Assembly: GCA_051294375.1 (NCBI GenBank)
Contig: CM119266.1
Coordinates: 25,317,731-25,381,730 of the forward strand
Reading direction: 5' to 3'
From: Paraspadella gotoi
Taxonomy: Eukaryota > Animalia > Chaetognatha
DNA: 64,000 nt
The translations under genes were made by a program, and so were the position numbers. The notes under the pieces were generated by a model. The model was not told the DNA's origin. It saw only the letters and a list, made by a program, of their open reading frames with translations, and searched no databases. Positions 24,828 through 37,650 of the stretch are shown here, piece by piece (position 1 is the stretch's first letter; each line of letters begins with the position of its first letter).

Positions 24828-27800
24828 GCCAGATATGACATTGGCGCGAGAAAATTGGAAATACAGCCTCAAGGTGACAGCGGTTCGTACTCTCCATTAC
24901 ATGAAAAATAAAATGGCTAGGTACAGGAATCCAGCTATGGTATCAACGTTATAAATGAAAGATTGTTAAATTAATATTTTATTTAACTATAACTACAAAG
25001 TTCGTCTCTCTTTAAAGTAGGAAATAAACAAGATATATATTGTTTACGTATTTAGAGTCATAAATTTTAAATATCATATTTTCGATTTTCTAAAAGTGAT
25101 ATGAGAGAATATGTTAAGTTAAAGTGATACTGCAACACAAAGAATAAGTGATTGTTCATTTTTATTCAACATCTTATCTCAGTTAATAATAATGATAAAT
25201 ATGTTAAAACTAAGATTTATTGAAATACTTTCAGATGAGGAAATTTTACGCACACTGCTGATTTAGTTGTGATGTATGATGCGCCACTTGTCACGTTGAG
25301 TATGTGACTGATGACTGACCCGACTTATAGACTTGGGTCATTACTTTTTCTCTTCTAGATGTTCTATCGACTCTAACTTTTATTATATATACTTAAGAAC
25401 AATGTTTCTCAAATGTAATGAAAACCGTTTGATAATATTAATTGAATATTCTTAAAAAAATTTTTATAATACTTAATGGGTGAAATGATACAATAATAAC
25501 ATATTTGTTTTGCAATTGTTTTGTTGTGCTTTTCTGTTAACTATGCTGCCCCCTCACGTCGTTTTTTTTTTCATATATAAATCTTCAGCGGCCTTAACAG
25601 CGCGTTTGTTGTTGTCTTGTTCTTTTGTAAAGAAAAGAAAATATAGTAAATTACGAACTTAAAGTTTAATAATTCCATATGGGATGGATTAAAAATGCAG
25701 TTACATTTCAAGAGAAAATTTTTGTATCTCCTGATTAAATAATAAATAACGAGATTTTATTATGGCATTTTTTTGGATGAAGTAGGGACAGGATGGAGTG
25801 GTGACATGTTAAAGATTTTTGAAAAAAAAATGCTTGATTGCATGCACCAGAATCTTGCAATGAATTATGAACTTAGCAAAACATTCCAGCTCATAGTGTG
25901 GAGGACGGAACACATCTTAATTACAGCGCCATGGACGCTCCTGGGTGACGCAAAGTCGAAAAGTCAAAGTTTACGAAGAAAAAGAGTCAACATTTAGCGA
26001 TTGATAACGTTATTTTTATGTGACACGACTACATACATGGGAATCAAAGTTTAATTAATTTAGATTTATAAATTGGTTGTGTCTATTAATGTCACAGTAA
26101 AAATTAAAAGGCCATTCCTATTTGTGATGATTCACGTCATATTAGAGGAACTCTAATCTACCGATAGTGCATTTAAATCGGTATCAACTGCAGCAGACAC
26201 TGCAGGACTGATTCGTCGAAACTATTGTATCTTAGCAACAACGGTAAACTAGTTAATCAATATATGTCATAATTATTATCAATTACTTATTCTTTATTTG
26301 AAACTTTATTGAGAGTATAATTCGATCATTTCAATATAACCTACTTATTATATTTATTGATATTGTAATTTTATCAATCAAATGTCAATCACTTAATTAT
26401 TTCTTAAGGTTAAGGATACAGTCGGCGGAAACGACAATAAGATGAGGCCCAAATGTCCTATAATCTAGGCGTTTCCTGGCCAGCCCATATTGTCGAGGAA
26501 TCCCCATAGTTTTACTTCGATGCGCGCATTGTCGAAGCAGGTTTATTCTCAGAGTAATAAGTTTGTTTACTTTGATGCACGGCTTTTTTGATCGAAGCAA
26601 GCTGTAATCCGCAGAGTCATAAAAAATAATATAATGCTTTGATCACTTTTATTATGAGTTTGGATAGTGTAGTCGCAAAAGTTTTTTGACGTTGAATTCG
26701 AGTTATTAGACCAGCTTTAAGTAGAGGTCTAAACAAATTTAGATCCAGTTTCAAAGCTAGACAATGGCGTTACCGACGTGCCGTCAAGGTTTAGGAAGAG
26801 GTTGCCAAGGAAATATGTAAGCAGTTTTATTTTTAGTTTTCAACGTTTTAGTTGCCAAATGTTTTTGGTTTTGATTGATTGTTTATCAGATACTGTATTT
26901 AATTTGAATTTCTGCAGAAACTGTTTTTTCCTTTATGACGCGGTCTCTTTTTAGTATCCTATTGACTATTGCGCATTTATTTCCGATTTGTTTAATCCAA
27001 TTATTTAGCGCGTTTACCTTTTACTTTACTTCCTAACTACTTGCGCATAGCTTACACTGTATGGACGGTGTACGCTTTTGCTTAATTGTTTTACGCATTT
27101 GTTTTCTTGGCCCTAATTTTGTTTACTTTTGAATAATTAATAAATTCACCCGCGGACGGATTAATTGATTATTAATATTTTCAGGAGGGGGTGTCAGAAT
27201 ATTAAAGTATTATTACAAAAATCTCCGGTCTAGTTTACAAATAACGCTCGCCGATTTGTAAAAATGCTTTTTTGGTTTTTCGATCGCTTGTAATTCTTCA
27301 GTCGAGATGTTTGGCCGAGTAACAATTTGTAATTCTCTCACACCGTTTATTATTTCTTTTGTTTTACCTATATAATATAACTATAGTGAAATAACTCAAT
27401 CCTCTATTAATGATACTTAGGGCTAAATAGATTTCGTCAGTTATTACAGGAGTGCATAACCCGCCTTTTTCGATTCACGGAAGGCAAGACTTCAACAAAG
27501 GGTTCAGCATCTGAGCAAAACTTGTGATATAATGCCGGTTCGACTCAAAAAAAAAAAAGGAAAAAAGGAACTGATCTCCGGCTTTCTTGTTTTNNNNNNN
27601 NNNNNNNNNNNNNNNNNNTTCTTTCTTTTTTTTCTTTCTTTTTTTCTTTATTATGCAGACGCCCGGTTCAATTTTTTTTTCGTCGCCGAGGAAATTTATT
27701 CATTTGTCTTTCCATTTATTTTCTCGTTCTTTTCTTTCCCAGAAGTTAATTTCTCTGTTTGTTTATTTTCGTTCGTACGATGTTCGTTTGTTTTTATTTC

Positions 27801-28398
27801 GTTTTGTCTTTTTATTAGCAATGGAAATCTAAATTCTCTCAAAGGCGATTTTTTTTTTCAAAATGGCAGTGACTCCGGATGTAATCGGGAACAACGCCGA
27901 AAGAAAAAGGTCACGAGGCTAAAGTAGCTGCCCACATTTCGCATTATTATCCGCGTTTATCCATCGCTGAATTATCATGGGTCAGAGAAAAAACTTTCCA
28001 GTTTGAATTCTCGTTTTCTTTTCTTTCTTTTTTTTTTCAAAAAGAAATGAATACGAATTGGAGTTCATTAATTTCATAGGCTTCGCGATTACGCCCGCGG
28101 TGAAAAAATATTTTAACGAATATTAATGCCCCTTTTGTTTTTACGACAATCTTTTTTTTTGTTGTTGTTTTTTTTTAGAGAAAAGCTTACGCGTTCGAAC
28201 GATAACTTTTCAAAAAAATTACGGGGGAAAAAAATTTCCTTCTTTTTCTCTTTCTTTAACTTTTTATTTTATTCCTCTCTTTCCTATCTTAAAGTTGAAG
28301 AATATAAAATTATGGAATAAATTAATACGAATTCAAGATTCTACTTCATTTTTTTTTCTATGCGGGTTATTCAGTCAAAGTGAGAAGCGGAGAGTAAT

Positions 28399-28530
28399 AG
28401 AAAAAGGAGAAAGAAGTGAGTGTGATAGAAAAGGGAGAGAGAAGTGAAAGTGATAGAAAAGGGAGAGAGAAGTGAGAGTGATAGAGAAGGGATAGATAAG
28501 TGAGAGTGATAGAAAAGAGAGTGAGAGTGA
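28399..28530 (+). repeat. 28-bp purine-rich minisatellite (~4.5 units)
   Basis: Unit ~AGAAGTGAGAGTGATAGAAAAGGGAGAG, with starts at 28412, 28440 and 28468. Confidence 0.8.
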
Positions 28531-29369
28531 ATTTGAAAGAGGGTTGAAAAGAGGAGAGAGTATTATCCCGGAGCGTTCGCGGGGTACGTTCACGCGAGCG
28601 TGCGGTAAAAGAGTGGAGAAGGCTCTTTATATAAGCGATATTAGTTCGAATAAGCCGATGAAACTTGTAACCTCATCTCGCTTGGGCGCGTCTTCATTCA
28701 TTTTGTGTCTTTACGTCAAACATTCTTTCTTCTTTCTTTTGCGCTCTTCTCTGTTGCTGTCCTGCTGTTGTTTATTAGTATGTAACACAGGCTTACCGAC
28801 GTCTCCCGTATCCTAACGCAAGTTGATCATCCTCCATCTTATCTCATCAAAAAATTAAAGGGTGGCGAGACAGAGAGGATCATGCCTGCTTTTCTCTGGC
28901 TTTTTCTGCTTGTCTTTGAGAGAGTTCTCGTACGCAGTTACTGCTCCCTCCGAGCTCGTCTTATTGTCTTAGAGACGAGCTTGAAGAATATAAAATTATG
29001 GAATAAATTCGCAAGAGAGAGAGCATCAAGATATTCTAGGCTCCAAAACTCACTTTTCGCTCTCTCTCATATGGCTGCAGTGGTGGTTAAGCTAGCTAAT
29101 GTGTCTGCTGCTGAGAAGCGAGTGAGCAGAAAAGGGCGCGGGAGCTCTTGCTTCGTGAGACGCGTAAAAAGCTTGCAGTATTTATCGACGCACGGAAGGA
29201 AAGGAAAAAGTGGCAGTTGTGGCAGCTGACAAGGCAACGCAAAAGGGAGAGAGAAGTGCACCGAGCACATACAGAGAAAGGCGCAGATGCAGGCAATGTG
29301 ACGTTAGGCTGACGTGTATAGAGAACGGTGGATAAATTTGAATAAGATATTTGAGTGTACGAATTTAAT

Positions 29370-30290
29370 TATTTTTTGAAAGAGAGCACAATAAGGCTTT
29401 ATTGCTTGTCATAAGGTGGGGATAGAAGAAAGAGATAAGAGATTTAGTGAGAGTGAAAGAGTTATTTGTTTTATAAGAGAGAGGGGCAATATGAGGAATC
29501 CAAGGAGTGAAAGAAGAGTGGTTAGCACGCAAACACGCTTCCTGCAAATCCAACGAACACAGGATTGCAACTAGTGTATACGTGAGGCACTCGTGCACAC
29601 AATGGTCAACGGTTTCCGGATCTCCAACGCCGGGCGAAAATGTGAAAGGAGTGCCTTGTTGACTCTGTTAATCTGAGTAGTACGAGAGCATGGGAAGAGA
29701 GGAGAGAAGCGAGTGAAACGAGAGGAGAGCAGGAGCGGTAGAATGAGAGAATGAGAGAGCTAGCCTACGAGGAAAGGTCTTCAAGGGGCCGCGCTGGCAG
29801 AGGTTTGGTACGCGGTCGATTGTGAGATGAGGTACAGAGGATCCTGAATTTATATAGACGTGGGAGGCGCGGACGAGCTAGCGAGAGGAGTTTGAGAGAG
29901 GGGAGAGGGGAGAGGGACAGATGAGGCGACGCGCGCTCCAGCCTGACCGAGACTGACCATACATCTCACATGACGGTGTGAAGAGGTGGTTCCACTCGTG
30001 AGACCGGTTTTACGAGAGAGTAGCGGCCGTAGACAGTCTAGTTGAGCATCGGAGGTCCGAAACATTCTGACGACGTCGATGAAGTTAGACGGGATTATGT
30101 CTGGGTTTTTACATTTATTTTGAGGTATGAGCATGATCCCGGACAGCACCGTGCTTGAGCGGGAGTCTGTGACGACAGACAGGGAGGAGACAGACGACTA
30201 GAAATGCACGCCATGAGTATCCGAAAGAGGGAGCACACACCAGCGTTAGAAGAAGAGGAGAGGAGCAGAGACGAGAGAGAACGAGAGAGC
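29370..30290 (-). mobile_element. Degraded or noisy 3' part of a non-LTR retrotransposon ORF2 (CR1/L2/Crack-like)
   Basis: The minus strand at ~29640-29575 reads SPGVGDPETVDHCVHECLTY, resembling the C-terminal zinc knuckle SPxCxCGxxxETxxHxxxxCxxY. About 600 bp upstream (~30265-30210), LLFF*RWCVLPLSD resembles the post-RT motif LFYxxxVLPxxDY. The sequence is heavily frameshifted. Confidence 0.45.
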
Positions 30291-30857
30291 AGACGACGAA
30301 GAGAATCAGCTTAAATATTAATGGGAATAATGAGTCAAGAATGAGGTGAGACAAAGCATTTGATAGAACACGATCAATGTGAAGAATGAAAGGAGGGGAA
30401 AAACGGAGGGGTAAAAATAAGAGAATAAAAAAAGATAGAAGAAAAGATGGGGCAAAAAAATTACTAAAAACGAAAATATATTAATGCAAGTGTAGAATGG
30501 AAATTAATATAAGGATTATCAAGTTTCCAACATATTACATCAAAATATAAAATCCGTCAATATTGTTTGACTGAGGCCCTGAAATAAAGAATTATTCGTT
30601 TATGTTAACAGTAATAACTAAGCAAAAAAGAATAAAAAACAGAATAAATTGGAAAAGAAATGCTTGGGCATAGCAATCTTCGTCCAATTTCTGGCTTGAT
30701 CTCTTCCAACATAAAATAAATAGTACAAATGGGCAGGAAAAATAACGAACGAAAGTGCAGAAGTCTCCAATAAGCAGCACACTTTTAAGCCTCGCCAGAA
30801 CACAGTCCTGTCACCGCTTTATCTCCCTCTCTCTCTCTCCTCTCTTTCTTCTCGTCG

Positions 30858-30906
<49 letters not shown>

Positions 30907-33900
30907 TTTTTCGTCTCAGTGGCACAGCAGAGCGGATGGAGACGAAAGAGATATGAAACACGAACGGGGAATGAGAAAAAAAAAAAAACAAATATCGTTT
31001 ATCGACGATTGTTGGAACTTCTGTGGAGGCGGAAGAGAGTAGAAAGCGGAAGAGGAAACGCCTGTGTGATCGAAGTGGAAGGGGAAGAAGGAAGACGAAA
31101 AACAAATGGAAGTGGAATGGAAGTATTAGAAGGAAATGAAAATTGACTTCCAGTTGTGCTTGTTGTCCCCCACGATTATTTTAGCTGTTCCGAAATTGAA
31201 AATATAATTTTTGATTTAATTGTTGAAATTGAACTTGTCGTCGTTATAATCAAGTTTATTTGAGATGGTGTTAGTAGTTTTACTAGTGTAGTGAACGAGT
31301 CTAGTTTTATTTGGGCTGTGTGTTTACTTTGTGGCTTTTGGTGGTGGTTATGCCAGGTTTCGGTTCAAGTTCAGGTTCAGCTTCAAAGTGTTCAGGTTCA
31401 GTTCAAGTCAAAACGTGAGTAACCACGATTCGGACTTGAAAGTCATGAGCTTCTCTTCACAGAAAAACCTACGCCACCTCCTTCGGTAGGAAGGGTAAGG
31501 AGGTGGTAGGAAATTTTCCTCCGTGGTCGGATGTAAAACTTGATCAGTCGTTGCTCCCCACCCANNNNNNNNNNNNNNNNNNNNNNNNNAGAGGGTTGGA
31601 AGGTGAAAAAAAGAGTGAGTTTAAGGAAAACAAAATGAAAAGAAAGAAAATGGAAAAAAGATAAGTGAAAGAAAAGAGGGAAAAAAAAAAAAAAAAAAAA
31701 AGGAGGGGGGGAGGGAAGAAAGAAGTAAGAAAGGAAAGTGAAAGAAGGGAAAAAGAAAAAAAAAGGGTAGAACGATCACTTGCATCAACGAACTCCGACA
31801 GAACGTTGTCACGATGCGAATTGGAACACAGGATCTGTGGGAGTGACGCTACCCGACGCGTCATCAGTTTTCAAAGTTGGGGTAGATTCAGTCTGTGTTG
31901 CTTAGACACTCGTGAAAGGATATACGGCACCAACACCACAAATGATTGTGAAGTCACTAAAATATGTTCAGAAGCATTCTTAAATAAATTTTGTATATTG
32001 AGTTTTAATAACTCTTTACCGATTTCAGTTCTCGAACTCACTCGCGGCGGCGCGACCGACAACTCAAACCCGCAGGCATTATAACCCAAGCTCATGTTAT
32101 ACATGAATCCCAAACGAAACTCGCGTTGACGAAGACGACATGTCTCCATCGCTCGTTATACGATTTTTGAAAGGAACGGCCAAAGTGAATCTTTTCAGTC
32201 AGATTTCTAAGATGTTCGCAGAGATGGTGTGAAAATATTGGCATTAAGCGTCGGATCCATCGCGAGAGACCTGACTTTCTAAATCTGCCGTCTGTGGGTC
32301 GACGCGGTCTGTTTTTTTTATTAACGAGCCCTTGTATAAACAAAATTAGATCGCTCAAAATCAACTCGACCACCGTCGGAACCTCCTCCAACTCAGTTGT
32401 AGATAACGAAATCGTCAACAGTACGAGTGTATGAATACATTCGCGAGAAACCCACGATCCAACCGACAGTTTCTCGCGACTTACCCTCACTGTGATTTCT
32501 CCCACGCTCTTCCCTCGTGCGCAGGGAAAGACGACGGTGGAAGAGGCGTCGGAACTTCGCAGGAGCGAATACGGAATCCACGGACTCTGCTTATATCTCT
32601 GCTCGCCGTTCGCTATGCTCCGGCGCGCCACCCGCCCGCTTCAAACGCAGCAGTCATCCACGAGATTCGACCTCGTGTATTGGGAGTGTGGGGGAACTTC
32701 AACTGGGTAGGAGCCGGAGTTTATCCGGACTTTGTCGCGTCACGGGGATGACGCAGGAATTCCTTCGCTTTATTCCAGTTTTGCACGCGAGTGCAAAGAT
32801 CAGTCGAATCGAGAAACGACGCGACGATAGCTTTACCAAGCATCCTTCTTCCTTTTGTTAGATGCTAATTCTTGATGACTCCATCCCCTTCTCTTGACTC
32901 GTCGCCGGAGGGTTAGACCGACCACGGCTCTCTTCTGTGACCGTATTGCCTCCGCTCCCTTCTCGTTCCTCTCTTCCGCGAAAACCCAGTCCTCATCTTC
33001 GAAGTCCATGAGTGTCGGTGATCCATTCAACAGTTGCCTTCTTTGAGATGGGTCGGACTGCACCATTCGTGGCGCAAGTTATGATATATCGTCACCAATA
33101 CAAGACTCCTCCTGAGAGGTCCCATTCCTATGGCAGGAATTGTTATTTTGCGCACAGGGTTCTGGAGAGAATTCGAAGCGTCAAGAGAAAACTGAGTTCA
33201 TTTATTCAGGCTCTTTCCTTACAAATTTATTTAACACTGACTATTTATTCATATGGAAAAAATATATCATTCATTTCAAATAATAATCTAGCCAAAGAGT
33301 GAATATTGGGCGGATATGTTTACGTTGAATTCAAAACTTACCGGGAAAAACGGGTGAGACGCACGCACCCAAGTTTATCATCTACCATACGATGCACGCA
33401 AATAACGCTACCTTAGCCCCCGCCGCCGAAACTCAGTCGACGGCACAAACTGGCGATATGGTCTTAAGGTTTACTCAAAAGGCAACCTCTCGAAGACAGG
33501 AAGAACTATAAGCTAAGTGGGAACTTTTCAGCTTGGTCATGGTACGCGTAAACCATCGTTGAGCGCTTCTATCCTTTTTTTACCCTGAACTTTTAGATGT
33601 ATTACGAAATTTCTCTCCCCAGAATTGGATCTTCCCTCACCACTCCGCGATATATAAACGAATGACTGGGTCATGTGACGACCAAAGGCGGAGCCAAAGA
33701 CGAAGAACGATGGAAACAGAAGAAAACGGTCAGCTGACGGAGAGTCATAATGCTTTCTCCTTTTTATTTCCACCACCAGATGGCGGCGCCTCTTTGCACA
33801 TCTCGCGGAACCATCTCTAGGTAACCGACCGGCGATGGGAGATGGCATTCCTGGCACGAACTGGACTCAACGCGTGCGGATCCGAGCCTAAGGGTTTTTT

Positions 33901-35974
33901 TTTATCTTTGGCGCCGGAGAAATATCGTTGCGTGGATGAGGCCCTGTTTGAGGATTCGCCTATGGCTGAAGGGGCAGGATTTGAATGAGTGGTTGAGAAT
34001 TTTTAGGCTCATGAACGTTAAAGAGAGGAACTTTTTGGTGCAATTGTTAGTTTAAAGTGGGTTAGGGGGAGTAAGGAAATACTAAGGAAGAGAGTGTTAA
34101 AAATATGTTTACAATTAACTTGGCAAAGTGGTTTTTGTCAAAAAAGAAAAAAAGAAAAAGTTAAATAAAGAAAGAAGAAATAAAAGTAAATATAATATAT
34201 CAATAAAACTGACTAATAGAACTAATGAAGCTATTAAGATTGAATTGGAAATGAAAGTGGAATTTAAATGAAGAGTCAAAGCGATGGTGAAAAATGCGGA
34301 AATAACTGAAAGCGGAAAAGTTTAAAAAGTGAAGTTGAGAACAAAAGGGAAACGAGAAAAGAAAAAAGAAAAAAAAANNNNNNNNNNNNNNNNNNNNNNN
34401 NNCGGAGATTTGGAGCAGTTGTTTCTGACTTAAACACTGGATCCGTGGAAATCATTAGATTGGAGCACAGGAGGAGCGAGATATCAACCTTCATGGGCAA
34501 CTCTCCTGCCCGGAGAGAGGGCGCATTGTTGCTAATGAGAGGAATTACGATGAACAAGAGGCAGGAAAAGAAAATCAACGCCACGGACAACTCAGCCAGT
34601 AAAGAGGGCCAACAGAAACGCAGACCACACGGAGAAAAGCAACAGGCGGGAAGGAGGACAGAGTCACAACTCACCGGGCACTGGGTGCGTATCCTGCGCC
34701 GAACCAATCAACACAAGGAGAAACACGAGCAAAATCAAAAAGGGAGAAACAAATGGAAGAACTAAAGATCAAAATTGATCAAAAGGAGCGAAACCAAAGG
34801 CACTGGGAAGAAGCAAAAGGACCAAGGTGGCAAGAGATGGGAGATTACAGGGACGCGGAACAGAAGAGCGGCCGGTCCGAGACGCAATGAAACGAAGCTC
34901 AACATCAAGAAGCAAAATGCCGGCCTTATGGAGCAGCCGGCTCTAGTGGCGGCGGTGAAACGCAGACTATCAGCAGTTATCACAGAATGACGGGGTAAAG
35001 TGGGGCCGAGCGGTGCAGAAAAACTCTGACGCGAAACGACGCAGCTTTACGGGGGGAGAGCGCCGGACAGCGCCGCCACTGGTTGCCACGACAGAGTAGA
35101 ATTTTCAGAAATTCGGGGCATGAAAATTGTTACGGCGACGGTCCAAATCAGGGCCGCGGGGAGAAAGAAGACGGCCATACCAATTTGGGAGACGAAGGTG
35201 CGGCATCGAATTTTGCGAGAGAAATGACTTTTTGATTATTCTTTGTATGAGTATTTTTTCTGTAGATCGGCGAGTACTGGTCGATAGCCGGGAACCGAAA
35301 GCATATAGGTTTCAGTAATGTAGTATCGCTAGGAAAATAGTTGATATAATCATTTCATTATGAGTGTTTCTAAACTTTGTTAGACACCCATGGTTCCTCA
35401 ATAAATGGTTTGTTTGGTTGACGTCGGTGTAATAATGTTAGCTAGACATGCGAGGGCCAGCGCCCGGGACCAAAAGTAAACCAAACTAAATGATAAGAAG
35501 AAAAAACCTCGTTCGCAAGCCAAGCACGCTGCCTAGAGAACGGTCAACAAACGACGACAAAGAAACCGAACTCTGGATGGCATACGTCATCTCGTTATTT
35601 TTTCGCGGCGCGTGGAATGGCCAAGGTCGTAAAAATTCAACCTATAATTAAAAGAAACCTACGAAGGTGACAAAGCAGGGAAAGAAGTGAGGCTTGGACT
35701 CGAAAAAGAAAAAAAGTGAGAGAAAAACTGAAAGGGAGAGACCTGGAGGAAAACGAGAGAAAAAGAGCAAACCAGAGTCAAAAACGAGAGCCCAAAGAGA
35801 GATAACAATAAACTGAGAAATGCAGAAAGCATCAACTCTAACGCCACAGAAAAGTAAGTGGTTAAAGAAGCCGATTACATAGCTGTTAGAATAAGTGCCA
35901 AGGAAAGAAAGAAAGGAGTTTGAGAAAAAGCTGGCATTAGAAAAACGTCATGGGGAAAAACCTCGAGACGGGAG

Positions 35975-37650
35975 CAGAGATGGAAGCAAGTTGTTGGAAC
36001 TAACATTGGTATCCTAGGAAATAGAGGATGTTAGCGAGGCAGGAGGAGGCGAGAAATGGTCAACCTCACGGGCATCCTTGCCGAGAGACGGGCGCATGTG
36101 CTAATGAGAGAAATACGCACGAACAAGAGGATGGAAAGAAAAATAAACGCCACGCGAAACTCAAAAACGAAGAAGGAGAAACAAATGGAGAAACTAAAGA
36201 TCAAATTGATTCAAAGAGGAGCGAACCAACGGCTTGGAATAAGCCAAAGATACCAAAAGGATTGGCAAGAGATGGAAATACAGGACCGGAACTCAAAAAA
36301 GCGGCCGGGTCGAGAACACATATGGAACGTAGCTTCAACATCCCTGAAGCAAAATCCCGGAAGGAAAAGAAGAAGGAGAGAAAAAAGAAAAAGGAGGGCA
36401 ACAACAGGAGAATCGTTGTCGAATAAGTCTGGGTGAACTACAACAGAAACATAAGACCCAAACCAGTTATTAATTTTCTTGAATATTTAAAATAAAAATT
36501 TATTGTCTGGAGTTACCGAGTTGAACAATCTAGTAAAAGATAACAAATGTTGTGTGTTGTTCAAATAGAAATCAAACTGACCCGATTATTCGTGATATAA
36601 ACAATAAAACAGCTAATTGACATCGATTATAGCTATGTAATCCACTTGAATATGAATCGTTTATATCTTGTAATCACATTGAAATCATGAACGCTATAGC
36701 TATGTAATCCAATTACTACTTATTATTGGAGCATATCGTAATAACTATATTCAAACACCTATTTTCGCCCCCATAGGTGGGACAAACGGGGAGAGGGAGA
36801 AGAGTATGCTTTCGACGCGGGCGCGGTATTTGGAACCGACCGTGTTTATTTGGGGGACTGTCAAGACGTGCGCCGGTTCTTGTGAAACATCGGCGTCGTG
36901 GCAAGACAATCACTTGTGAGTAACATGAAATCATGAAATAGTGGGTGAGCGCCCGAATGGTTGGAAGCAGTTTGGCGCCGCAGCAGAAAAAACCCAGTGC
37001 CGACCTTTGGAAGCATCGGCGCTGCGGCAGAGAGTCATTGCCGGCCTTTGGATAAGCAGCCAGCCGCTGTGGCCGGCGGTGAAACGAGACGAAAATCCGC
37101 AGTCGTCAAGATGGACGCGTTAGTGGGTCGAGCGGTGCAAGCGGACTCTCGATTGCAGCTTTAACGGGGGGAGGAGGCGCCCGGACAGCGCTGGCACAGT
37201 TGCCCGACAGCGTAAGAATTTCAGGGAAATTGGGGGGAGTGTAAAGACAGGCGAGCCAAACGTCTGCGCGGCGCGGAGCGGCGCCAAGGCAATGAAAAAT
37301 TTGTTACGTGTGACTGAAGTTTGGGACGACGAAAGCGCGCGGCATCGTAAAATTTGCTGAAGAAATGGATTTTTTGATTTTCTTTAAAGTAATGGAGTAT
37401 TTTTTGAATCGATACTTTGGTCGAAAGCCGGGACACTGAAAGATGTACGGTTACAGTAAAAATGTAGTATAACGACAATAGGGAAAAATACGTTATATAT
37501 TCGATCTATATACGGTTTCTAACTTTGTTATGACACATGGTTCTCATAAATGGTTTGGTTCTGGTTACGTGCTCGGTGTATTAATCAGTTAGCTAAGAAA
37601 CGCGAGGCTCAGAGCCCGGGATCCAAAGTTGACAAACCAAATATGGAAAC
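35975..37650 (+). repeat. Divergent second copy of 34403-35490, interrupted by ~680 bp (36361-37039)
   Basis: ggagaaacaaatgga(a)gaactaaagatcaa occurs at 34743 and 36175. gccggcctt..gga...ggcggtgaaacg occurs at 34919 and 37040. gtttctaa(a)ctttgtta occurs at 35366 and 37515. Confidence 0.8.

Noticed and set aside
25773-26600. Possible small exons (e.g. minus FRRISPAVSAAVDTDLNALSVD*)
   Set aside because: I could not build a consistent gene model or recognise any homology.
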